DNA of 64,000 nt from Candidatus Cloacimonadales bacterium (GCA_963678315.1 OY782781.1:1632001-1696000), one strand, 5' to 3'. Positions 32,628 to 41,606 are shown, counted from the stretch's first letter. Notes: generated by a model from the letters alone, not told the origin. Program-made: numbers and translations.

Positions 32628-32839
32628 TAAGGCTGACCTTGTGTCAGCCAACACTGGGAACGCCGGCATCCGTGCCGGCTTTAGCATGTATAGTTTATAG
32701 TAAGGCTGACCACTGTGTCAACCAACACTGGGAACGCCGGCCTCCGTGCCGGCTTTAGTATGTATAGTTTATAGTAAGGCTGACCACTGTGTCAACCAAC
32801 ACTGGGAACGCCGGCCTCCGTGCCGGCTTTAGTATGTAT
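32628..32839 (+). repeat. Three tandem 73-74 bp units, each with two hairpins including the REP-like CTGGGAAC-GCCGGC-atccgt-GCCGGC
   Basis: Units start at 32628, 32701 and 32775 and are nearly identical throughout. Confidence 0.95.
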
Positions 32840-32910
32840 CTACATGCTAAACAACATATTAGCAATGTAGCATTCTGATGAGTTACACCCTACATTTCTC
32901 AGAAATTCCA

Positions 32911-32995
32911 GGAATGTAAGCATCTTGCTTACAATTGAGACGTTTTCCCAAACGTCTTTACAAAATCATTTGGGAATGTAAGCATCTTGCTTACA
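32911..32995 (+). repeat. Two copies of GGAATGTAAGCATCTTGCTTACA flanking an AGACGTTT-tccc-AAACGTCT hairpin
   Basis: Exact 23-bp direct repeats at 32911-32933 and 32973-32995. Confidence 0.9.
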
Positions 32996-33115
32996 AAAAA
33001 ACACTATTTGCTTAAACATGAACATGGAAAAGCACATAACTGCTTTTCTTCCCCTTCAAATCAATTCTTTCCTTGACATCCTAACAGAATATTAATTTTG
33101 TATTTCTATTGGTAT

Positions 33116-33192
33116 GCCCCCGTAGCTCAGCTGGATAGAGCAGTGCCCTCCTAAGGCAAAGGCCAGCCGTTCGAATCGGCTCGGGGGTACCA
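33116..33192 (+). tRNA. tRNA-Arg(CCT)
   Basis: Acceptor stem GCCCCCG/CGGGGGT, D-arm GCTC-AGCTGGATA-GAGC, anticodon loop CTCCTAA, T-loop GTTCGAATC and encoded CCA. Confidence 0.95.
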
Positions 33193-33196
33193 TTTA

Positions 33197-33554
33197 AGTT
33201 AATAAATTAACAATTAAAAATGATAAAAATCTTTAGTCCGGCATAGACGGAAGAACACTGATAACACTGATTAAACAGATGAAAAGAAATCAATTTGAGT
33301 TAATAAATAACAATTAAGAATGAAAAATAGATGTAGTGTAAGCCTCTAAAGATCTAATAGCAAACAAGATGCTTGCGTACCAGATAATGATGGAGTGTAA
33401 GCATCCACCGATAGGTTGAACCTAGTTCATGCTTACGCAAACAGATAGACAAACTTTCATTCGTCTAACCCCTAAAGGGATGACATATATTAGCATGTGT
33501 TTTTATACCCCATGTATGATGATTACAGTGATTTGAGTCCCCAAGGGACGGCAT
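33197..33554. repeat. Mixed short-repeat region downstream of the tRNA
   Basis: ~26-bp direct repeat (33197-33223 and 33298-33323), nonamers AACACTGAT x2 plus a variant (33254-33280), REP-like GTAAGC elements (33331-33436) and CCCCTAAAGGG/TCCCCAAGGGA hairpins (33467-33554). Confidence 0.7.
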
Positions 33555-33789
33555 AATGAATAACTAAAAATGAACAATGAAAACCTTCAACTCGAACGCT
33601 TTAAACAATCAAACCATATCATAACACACTATGTACTTATCAAATATCAATAAAAGAATCCTCTATAAATATAATGGGCACACTTTTGGTAAATTAGGCA
33701 CACTTTTTTGAATTTTGTAAAAAAAGATATTATACTTGTTTCAGAGGGAATAATATTTGGTAAGCGTATAAATCAATAAATCATTATTT

Positions 33790-33958
33790 ATCTAAAAAAC
33801 AGAACTCGAAAAAGAAATCTCTGTGCTGAAGGTAATCAAGAAGATGTTGAACTACTTCAACTTGAAAAACAAACATCACAGTAGCTGAATACATTACTAA
33901 ACAACTAGCCAAGAAACTGCTTGCTAAGAAACTTCACCAATTTACTCAAAAAGCTTAA
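33790..33958 (+). pseudogene. Remnant of a YhcG/DUF1016-type gene (C-terminus)
   Basis: Translation across one frameshift gives LCAEGNQEDVELLQLEK/NITVAEYITKQLAKKLLAKKLH, resembling the DUF1016 C-terminus (compare GIILCADKD...IGVAEY in 37572-38585). Confidence 0.6.
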
Positions 33959-34069
33959 ATGCATATCTGAGAATAGATATTTATAATCTATTATTTCAAC
34001 AATTTTCTCATTTTCTTTTAATTGATAGTTAATGAGAATAAATTAATGATATCTAAATAGATAATGTTA

Positions 34070-34104
34070 AGCCTACAATCCTAAGCTATAGAAGATTGTA
34101 GGCT
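34070..34104. terminator. Hairpin downstream of the PD-(D/E)xK gene
   Basis: AGCCTACAATC...GATTGTAGGCT, 11-bp stem. Confidence 0.5.
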
Positions 34105-34122
34105 GTTATTATTACTAGTTAT

Positions 34123-35472
34123 TTAGTTATCAATTTCACTGTTTAAATTACTTATTATACAGTCAGTTATTTTATCGATGAAGGGTTCTATTGATTTAAA
34201 GTATTCTTTTAGCTTCTTTTTGATAGTAACATCGTCTTCATCTAATAGTTTATTAGGGTTAGGTTTTGTTATTTCATAAAGTTTGTTTGTTTCAGTGTTT
34301 TTGTAATTTTTAGGGTAAATACAAATCCATTTTTGTTTAATCTCAGGTTTTTTCTTTACGTATAAAATATCTATATCTTTTATGTCTTCATAGAGTGCTT
34401 GTCTATAATTCTCATGTTCAGGAATGTGTGGAGCAATAGTAGCCTTCAACACTATTTTATTATCGATATCATTTTTTTTATAGTAAATTAGCTCAAATGC
34501 GAAAGATTCTTTTCCTTTCCACCAGTCTCCATAATTTTTATCTACAATTGTTTTTAGTTTCTTTGGATAAAACCTTGTTATGCCTTTGTTACAAGTAGCT
34601 ATAATATATTCGTTTTCATCATTATCTAATAACGATTCGTTCCTCTCATTAATTGCTTTTACTAAGTACTCGTGAAATTTTGAACATAAATCTGGTTTAT
34701 TATCATATATAAAATCTAATACATCTTTGTGTTGTTTATAGAAATGAGCTGCTTCCTGATTAATTTTTGATACCATTAATAACTCCTGATTAATAATATT
34801 TACATAGTCTTTTAAGTATATTTTAGTTTTGGTTTGAAGTTGATTACTATGAATTGTTAAAATAAAGTTTAAGTTGTGAGCTATCTCATAATATGAGTAA
34901 TTCATATAATATTCACTAACATTTTGTTCAGAAGGATCAGAACCAAATATTGTTAAATATACATAATGTTTTTCTTTCATTTTAAGTATTGGATCAGATT
35001 CAATGATATTTTTATATCTACTAAGTTGACCAGAATGGTCTTGTGAATCTATTTTGTTTTCAATAACAATCACATAATTATCTGAAATGATGAGTATATC
35101 AATATTTTTCCATTCTCTTCTAATCTCAATTGTACTATAATTGACTTTATCAATATCTAAAACAGATGTGTTTTCATTATTATCTCTAAATATATCCATC
35201 AATACTTTTTTTATAAATATTGAGCCAATTCCATGATTTTCATTTGGGTTTAGCAAATAGGCAAGGAATCTTGAATGCATTAATTCTTTTCTTTCATTAC
35301 CAAGGGCCCTAAATATATTAGGTTCAGTAATTGCTAGTTCCAATTTATCAAAATTTTCGTCCAATAACATTTTGTTGATATTGTTATAAAATTCATCTGA
35401 TTCGAGTTGCTGTTTTTTATTTTCAAGAAGTGATGATTCTTTTTCAGCAATATCATTTGCTTGCTCTGCCAA
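34123..35472 (-). CDS. PD-(D/E)xK nuclease family protein (PDDEXK_4-like)
   Basis: ELMHSRFLAYLLNPNENHG, REWKNIDILI, IVIENKIDS.DHSGQLSRY. GGAGG RBS plus TTG start. Confidence 0.85.
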   Translation of the reverse strand: MAEQANDIAEKESSLLENKKQQLESDEFYNNINKMLLDENFDKLELAITEPNIFRALGNERKELMHSRFLAYLLNPNENHGIGSIFIKKVLMDIFRDNNENTSVLDIDKVNYSTIEIRREWKNIDILIISDNYVIVIENKIDSQDHSGQLSRYKNIIESDPILKMKEKHYVYLTIFGSDPSEQNVSEYYMNYSYYEIAHNLNFILTIHSNQLQTKTKIYLKDYVNIINQELLMVSKINQEAAHFYKQHKDVLDFIYDNKPDLCSKFHEYLVKAINERNESLLDNDENEYIIATCNKGITRFYPKKLKTIVDKNYGDWWKGKESFAFELIYYKKNDIDNKIVLKATIAPHIPEHENYRQALYEDIKDIDILYVKKKPEIKQKWICIYPKNYKNTETNKLYEITKPNPNKLLDEDDVTIKKKLKEYFKSIEPFIDKITDCIISNLNSEIDN

Positions 35473-35515
35473 TTTATCCTCCTATCTTTTTAAACAAATT
35501 TATATCCTTTAATTA

Positions 35516-35800
35516 TCATTTTTCATCTAATGAGAAATTCACAAAAGTGTATCCTTTAGCATTTCTCTTAATGTCAAACTTTGTTTTTTCATCTATCGCA
35601 ATTAGACTTTTAACTATCTTTTCTAAATCATTGTCGCTAAGTTCTTCTACATCAGTTTCTAAGAATATCATGCATTGAGCAGTTATGCCTTCCCAGGACC
35701 AAATTTGATATAGTGCTTCATATTTATCATCTTTTAAAATTCTTTCATAAAGTATGGTTGTGTCATCGTCTAATGGAACATCATTAAATTTTTCATTCAT
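35516..35800 (-). CDS. Hypothetical protein
   Basis: Intact 94-aa ORF with GAGG RBS. No known motif. Confidence 0.65.
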   Translation of the reverse strand: MNEKFNDVPLDDDTTILYERILKDDKYEALYQIWSWEGITAQCMIFLETDVEELSDNDLEKIVKSLIAIDEKTKFDIKRNAKGYTFVNFSLDEK

Positions 35801-35884
35801 AATTTTCCTCTTGTATTTTTCAATATTATGATACTATTTATATTATAAGAATCACATAATTTTTTTGTCAAATTTATTTCTGAA

Positions 35885-37463
35885 TTAGCATACCCCCATT
35901 TTTTTTAAGTAAAATTGATTCGTAGTTGTAACTTGTCATGATATTCACCTTTATGAGGTACCATTTTCTTTAATTTAGAATTACTAAATATATGTTTTAT
36001 TATTCTACTAAGTTTATAATACACATAGGAATGCTTTATATTTTTTAGACTACCAAACTCCGGATATTGGTACAAAAGATCATCAATATAGCTTATCGAA
36101 GAATAAACAATATCTACCGCAACCATCAAAATAGTATTAATGTTTTTTAGTCCTATATAAGACATTAATTGAACACTTTCCCAGTTAAATTCTTGTTTTA
36201 TATGTCTATGAAACTCTTCAATTTTCCACCTTTTTCTATATCCTCGTAGAGTTTTCAATATAACCTCATAATCAATTAAACTATCATCGTTAAAATTGCA
36301 CAAGAAATAAAATAGTCCCCCTTTTTTACCATATCTTGCAATAACAAGATTTGCCTCAACTGTGTCTGGGTATTTTCTTTTGTGAGGATTGGTTCTTATC
36401 TTAACTTTTTTTACTCCACATCTTAAAACTGTTTTATCAGAAGTTATAACTTTATGTTTTAGTTTAACTTGCTTAACCACCGATACAAAATCAATTTCTT
36501 TATCATCAACAATGAGATCTCTTCTACCTGTACTTCGAAGTATATAGTTGTTTTCGTTTTGGGTGAGTAAATTTATTAGTTTGCGACTATCATAGCCTCT
36601 ATCAAAAACAAAAGTTCCTTTGTTATTGCTGTGAATGGTAATATCTATAATTTTATCTTCAAGCATGTTTTTTGAAGTGTCTTCCTCTATCTTGTTGCTA
36701 TATAACTTACTACATATAGGTAATATCGAATGATATTTACCATTATCTGTTAATGAAGTGATGTTGAATAAATGATAACCTTTAACACGTTTCCCCGTAG
36801 ATCCATCTCTAACTACTGATAGACCTTCTAATTTATTAGATCTTGGCTTAACAATATCCGAGTCATCAACAATAAAATAGGTATCTTTCGTAGCTTTTGA
36901 ACAGTTTGATTTTAATATATTATCACTAACTATATTTCCAAGCTTTTCTTTCTTAAGGTTTCTATATAATCTTTCACACACTTTGTCTAAACTAATGCTT
37001 TCATGTAAAGAAGTAGCTATCTGCCTTACTATTATTGAACCTGAAGAAATAATGCCTTTAGTTATGTCTTTCAATGCTTTATATTCAGGCTGACTTAATC
37101 CTTGTGCATACTTTTTTACTTTTTTGGAAAATTTCCCTTGCAATTTTACAACACTATTTTTTACTAATTTCATATTTAGAGAGCTCCCTATTTTTTGTTT
37201 TGTAGTAAATTCAATTTATTTAAGGAGCTCTTCTTTTTCAATAAATATTTTAATTTATTTTATTATTTATCAATTACTTATATCCCCTCGAAAAATGGCT
37301 TAATATTAGCCTTTTCTGGGAAGTTAAATTAAAATTTAATCATAAAGTTGATTTTTGAAATACATGCCGTAAATCTAATTTTTACCTGACAAACTATATC
37401 TCTAGAATACTTATTCACTCTTAGTTAGCTCTTTGGCTATATGGTTTTTTGGGGGTATGCTTG
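35885..37463 (-). mobile_element. IS4-family insertion sequence (~1.58 kb)
   Basis: Terminal IRs TTAGCATACCCCCA and (rc) CAAGCATACCCCCA, with 10-bp flanking direct repeat TATTTCTGAA at 35875-35884 and 37464-37473. Confidence 0.88.
35905..37173 (-). CDS. IS4-family DDE transposase
   Basis: IVDDSD, FDRGYD, and YREK motif YRKRWKIEEFHRHIK. Confidence 0.92.
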   Translation of the reverse strand: MKLVKNSVVKLQGKFSKKVKKYAQGLSQPEYKALKDITKGIISSGSIIVRQIATSLHESISLDKVCERLYRNLKKEKLGNIVSDNILKSNCSKATKDTYFIVDDSDIVKPRSNKLEGLSVVRDGSTGKRVKGYHLFNITSLTDNGKYHSILPICSKLYSNKIEEDTSKNMLEDKIIDITIHSNNKGTFVFDRGYDSRKLINLLTQNENNYILRSTGRRDLIVDDKEIDFVSVVKQVKLKHKVITSDKTVLRCGVKKVKIRTNPHKRKYPDTVEANLVIARYGKKGGLFYFLCNFNDDSLIDYEVILKTLRGYRKRWKIEEFHRHIKQEFNWESVQLMSYIGLKNINTILMVAVDIVYSSISYIDDLLYQYPEFGSLKNIKHSYVYYKLSRIIKHIFSNSKLKKMVPHKGEYHDKLQLRINFT

Positions 37464-37571
37464 TATTTCTGAACAGTTAAAGTGGTTAGAGATTATCAAG
37501 AAACATCATCAAGAAAAAAGCTAAAATGCTTATTGAAAATAGAAATTTATAAGTTAATTATGAATAATTCT

Positions 37572-38585
37572 TTAATCCTCTTCTTTTTTTAGTTCATTCA
37601 ATATAACCTCTTCAAGTTCTTTTTTAGGAATAAGTAATTTATACTCAGCTACCCCTATTGGCTTATTAACATCTTCAAGAGCTATTTCAACATCAAGATG
37701 ATCTTTATCAGCACAAAGAATAATACCTATAGAAGGATTTTCATCCTCATTTTTTTCAATTTTATCTAACAGAGAAAGATAGAAGTTCATTTTACCAATA
37801 TACTCTGGTTTGAATGCTCCAAGCTTCAACTCAATAGCTATAAGCGAATGCAGCTTTCTATGATAAAAAAGTAAATCAATGAAATATTCTTTATTATTGA
37901 ATTCTAATCTATATTGATTCCCGATAAAAGTAAAACCTTTACCAAGTTCTAAAATAAAGAGTTTTATTTTCTCTACTAATTTCTTTTCTAGCTCTAATTC
38001 TTTCAAAGGTCTATTAACGCCAAGAAAACCTAGATTATATTTGCTTTTCAGAATTTCATCTGCTTGTAGTGAAAGAGATTCAGGTAGGGTTTGCACGAAA
38101 TTATGAGACTTATCGTAAGAAATTGAAAGTTTATAATCTTCAGCTTTGATATAGTTTAAAAGAAGGTCACGACTCCAACCATTTTGAATAGATTTATCTG
38201 CATAAAATAGGACTTCATCATCTGTTTTTGTTTTTGATAAAATTAATAAATTGTGTCCCCAAGGCAAAAGTGCGACAGTGCGTCGCACTTTTGCTGAAGA
38301 GTCTTTATATCTTTCATAAAACCTTTTCATATCCCATAAATTTCTGGGAGAAAGACCCAAATTAGGAAATTCCATTTTAAGATCTATCGATAATTTCTTA
38401 ACAACTTGGCTCCCATATCCTTGAGTAATTTTACGTTCGTGAAGCAATTGTCCCAAAATCCAATAAACTGATATTGTAGATTTATTAATCTGAATCGCAA
38501 TAGCATGTTTTGCTTTTCTTATCTCAGCAATAGCTGTATTCAACAAATTTGCATAATCTTTTGGGATTTCAATTTTCATTTTCAT
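37572..38585 (-). CDS. YhcG/DUF1016 family PD-(D/E)xK nuclease
   Basis: YWILG, GYGSQVV, SPRNLWDMKRFY, LPWGH, LELGKGF, IDLLFYH, IELK, GKMNFYL, GIILC. Confidence 0.92.
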   Translation of the reverse strand: MKMKIEIPKDYANLLNTAIAEIRKAKHAIAIQINKSTISVYWILGQLLHERKITQGYGSQVVKKLSIDLKMEFPNLGLSPRNLWDMKRFYERYKDSSAKVRRTVALLPWGHNLLILSKTKTDDEVLFYADKSIQNGWSRDLLLNYIKAEDYKLSISYDKSHNFVQTLPESLSLQADEILKSKYNLGFLGVNRPLKELELEKKLVEKIKLFILELGKGFTFIGNQYRLEFNNKEYFIDLLFYHRKLHSLIAIELKLGAFKPEYIGKMNFYLSLLDKIEKNEDENPSIGIILCADKDHLDVEIALEDVNKPIGVAEYKLLIPKKELEEVILNELKKEED

Positions 38586-38890
38586 TTCCTTTCTCTGATT
38601 AAAATCACATTAAATTTTTATTTTACTTCTTCTATATGGGTTCTTAAAACATTCTTTTTCTGTTAAATCAACTTTTTAATTGAAATATTTCTATAATGAT
38701 TCATGTAAATCCATAATATCAGCAGAGGGTAGTTAGAGTTATTTTTTTAATGAAAACAAGAGATCTATCGTTATCATTAGAAAAGTCTTCTCCTAATACA
38801 GGCCCAAAGAGTTAAATCCATTCAACCTCATAATCTATCAGGATGTCATGAAATCTCTCACTCTCATTTATTTCTATATCACAGATGATT

Positions 38891-39931
38891 TTATATTGAT
38901 TCAATAATTTTTAATGACTCTGTTATTTCTGCTAAATCATACACAGCGTATATAAAATCTCTAATTTTTATTGAGTGAGAACCAAATAAAATATGACCAT
39001 TTTCTAAACCGGAGTAATAACCTTCATACTCATCTCCATCATAGTTAATAACTGATCCTAATATATCATATTTTAACGAATTGCCTAGTCTAAACAATAT
39101 TCCCGTATTATTTGATAAATTTACGTTTTCAATTTCTCTTAAGATTGATTTTAAACATTTTCGTACGGCACCAGTTATATTCAGCCCATTTGCACCTAAT
39201 TTTATTTCCCATAGACTCCCAGTCTTGTATACTCTAGAGGAATCTCCACTAGCTCGGCATGGGCCACTAGGATGCTTATACCACCAGGCAGAACTACTGA
39301 TTAAATCTCTAGCCTCATTCCTGCTTAAAAACTCAAAATCATCAGAAAAAAATGGTTCTATTTCTCTTCTAATATTCTCGATCTCTTCATCAATCTTCTT
39401 TATCTTATCAATATCTACTGGATAAATATCCAGGGATTTGATTAGTGTAGTATAATTTTGTAGTTCTTTATCAATTTGTGCTAAATGTTCTCTAACATAA
39501 TTAGTTGCCTCTATGGCTATTGGAAAAGATTTTCTTTTCCAATCACTAACATTTCTGTTGATGTCATTGTGTTTACTGAAACCATTAGTTAGATATGATA
39601 AATTTATTTCTGAAGTCTGATTACTTCCTATAATTATAATATCATCATCTAATATAATCAAATTTGATTTAATACCTGTAATATGGCGTACTGAAATTCC
39701 CATATCTAAAAGCTGCTCAATAACAGTTAAAGAAGATTGGTTTGTAGCAAAATTTTTTAGCGAAAACTCAGTATATATTGTAATGTTTTTACTATTGCAA
39801 TTGGGTATCAAGTTTTCAATCAATTGAGAATTAACAGTTGAAGTAAATATAGTTACATTATAATCTTCTAAATTTTCGATAGACTTAGCTACCGAAAAAA
39901 TATTTTCAGTATAAATTTTAGTTTTATGCAT
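38891..39931 (-). CDS. Hypothetical protein with degenerate PLD-like N-terminal domain
   Basis: VRHITGIKSNLIILDDDIIIIGSNQTS parallels the PLD HxKxxxxD...GSxN motif but lacks H and K at those positions. GGAGG RBS. Confidence 0.55.
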   Translation of the reverse strand: MHKTKIYTENIFSVAKSIENLEDYNVTIFTSTVNSQLIENLIPNCNSKNITIYTEFSLKNFATNQSSLTVIEQLLDMGISVRHITGIKSNLIILDDDIIIIGSNQTSEINLSYLTNGFSKHNDINRNVSDWKRKSFPIAIEATNYVREHLAQIDKELQNYTTLIKSLDIYPVDIDKIKKIDEEIENIRREIEPFFSDDFEFLSRNEARDLISSSAWWYKHPSGPCRASGDSSRVYKTGSLWEIKLGANGLNITGAVRKCLKSILREIENVNLSNNTGILFRLGNSLKYDILGSVINYDGDEYEGYYSGLENGHILFGSHSIKIRDFIYAVYDLAEITESLKIIESI

Positions 39932-40469
39932 GGGTATTATCCTCCTTTTTCCTTATAACTGAAACCAATACTATAGTGTTAAGTAATAATAAACTTGTCA
40001 ACCCCGATTTCAAATATTTTCTTTATATATAACATATTGAGGTTTTCTCCTTAAAGTTTAGCTAATCTCCCACACCTCTAATCAAGCAGCTAACAACCGA
40101 CATCCTCCCAATTTTCTTATTAGATTGGATAACTTGTATGCTTTTAGTATCATCATCTATATTTGAGTTATTGGAATTATATTTATTAACTAAATTAGTT
40201 AAGACTTTTTTATTTACTTCTTTTAAAGTAATAATATTCTAGTTTGAGATTATTTCTTGGAAGCTAATAGTTAATAAATCAATGTTTGATCTTTGTTTCA
40301 TATAGGCTAACATCAGTTTATAAAAAACGATATAGATGGATCTTAGTTTCAGCTTCATATTGATTCTTTGTAAATCATTTTTCTGATTAGGGGAGAGGAG
40401 TTTATATAGCTTAGCAAGATTCTTGGCATAGGCTTCCATTTTCTTGTTTTGGTCAAAACTTTTAGGCTT

Positions 40470-40847
40470 TACATATCTTCTAACAAAAAATGGATTCTTC
40501 CAGAGAATTTTATCCAAAAGAAACTATTCGACTTAATGCATAGTAGAAAGAAACCATTTAGCAAGAAAAGATTAAAACTTCATACTTATGGTGAGGGAAT
40601 TGAGAATTACGTTTACACAGATGGAAATTGCACAGGCTGTGGCTTGTGTGCAAAAGTTTGTCCTGTAGATAATATAATTGTAGATACAAAGAATAAGAAA
40701 ATATCTCTACAAGATTCTTGTTTTGCCTGCTTCGCATGTATTCAAAACTGTCCATCACAAGCTATTCACATTAGGGGAGAAGTGAGTGGTAACAGATACC
40801 GTCATCCTCAAATTAAAGTAAGTGAAATTATTGAATCTAATAAGTAA
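40470..40847 (+). pseudogene. 5'-truncated EFR1-type (flavodoxin-ferredoxin) gene; only the 2x[4Fe-4S] C-terminal part remains
   Basis: CTGCGLCAKVCP and CFACFACIQNCP plus NRYRHPQI tail. No RBS and no flavodoxin N-domain upstream. Start coordinate is approximate. Confidence 0.55.
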
Positions 40848-40893
40848 GAATTATAGATAAACTAAAAGAATTAAAAAGTGTGCCTGTAATATT

Positions 40894-41029
40894 TAAGCCG
40901 GCTAGCATCAGTCTTCGCCTGACTAAAGGCCATCAGCGTTCCCAGTATAAGCCGGCTAGCAGCCGAGCGTTCCCAGTATAAGCCGGCTAGCATCAGTCTT
41001 CGCCTGACTAAAGGCAAAGCGTTCCCAGT
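40894..41029 (-). repeat. Three tandem REP-like units TAAGCCGGCTAGCA...GCGTTCCCAGT
   Basis: Shared ends. Units 1 and 3 carry the insert TCAGTCTTCGCCTGACTAAAGGC, and unit 2 is short. Confidence 0.9.
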
Positions 41030-41036
41030 TTATGTC

Positions 41037-41606
41037 TTAAAATCTTTTCTTTATCTTATTGAGGAATTTAGTCTTTTTACTTCTTTTACCTGAAGTGGTG
41101 AAATCGCTATTATACCATTTGATATTTTTAAAACCGACTCCTTTTATAATCGCTTTAAAAGTGCCAGCAATAGGATTGCCAAAGCCAAATCTAAGCATGA
41201 TAGTTGGCATCTCTGATGTTGTAATTACAGTGGTTTTTTGGATATTACCCAATAAGCCAACAAGTCCAAGTTTTCCAAGATTATAAGCGTAGGTCTTAAG
41301 CATGACTTTATCAATGAAGCCTTTTAGGATTGCTGGTATCCCGAACCACCAAATAGGGAAGATGAAGACTATCTCATCGGAATCTTTTAAGATCGTTTGA
41401 TAGGCTTTTACTTGTTGGTCGCTAGTGTCTCCCTTGGAGAAGAGAGCCAAGTCCTGCTCTTTCATAACAGGGTTAAAATTATCTTTGTTAAGGTCTAATA
41501 GAACAAACTCTTTCTTCTTAGCTGTAAGGCTAGTTACTACTGTGTCCAATATTGCTTTATTGAAGGATCCATGCCAAGGGTGGGCAAAGACTATCGCTGT
41601 TTTCAT
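41037..41606 (-). CDS. NAD(P)H-dependent oxidoreductase (flavodoxin_2 family)
   Basis: AHPWHGSFN, FNPVM, FPIWWFGIPAILKGFIDKV. Confidence 0.9.
   Translation of the reverse strand: MKTAIVFAHPWHGSFNKAILDTVVTSLTAKKKEFVLLDLNKDNFNPVMKEQDLALFSKGDTSDQQVKAYQTILKDSDEIVFIFPIWWFGIPAILKGFIDKVMLKTYAYNLGKLGLVGLLGNIQKTTVITTSEMPTIMLRFGFGNPIAGTFKAIIKGVGFKNIKWYNSDFTTSGKRSKKTKFLNKIKKRF

Noticed and set aside
32628..32839. CRISPR array interpretation of the 74-bp tandem
   Set aside because: The period is CRISPR-like, but the would-be spacers are identical and there is no leader or cas gene.
37450..37460. GGGGGTA as a duplicated tRNA 3' end (attR)
   Set aside because: The match is only about 7 nt and is explained as the IS4 terminal inverted repeat.
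38640..38885. Possible decayed gene on the minus strand (DIEINESERFHDILIDYEVEWI*LFGPVLGEDF...)
   Set aside because: The composition is protein-like but interrupted by stops and not assignable to any family without a search.
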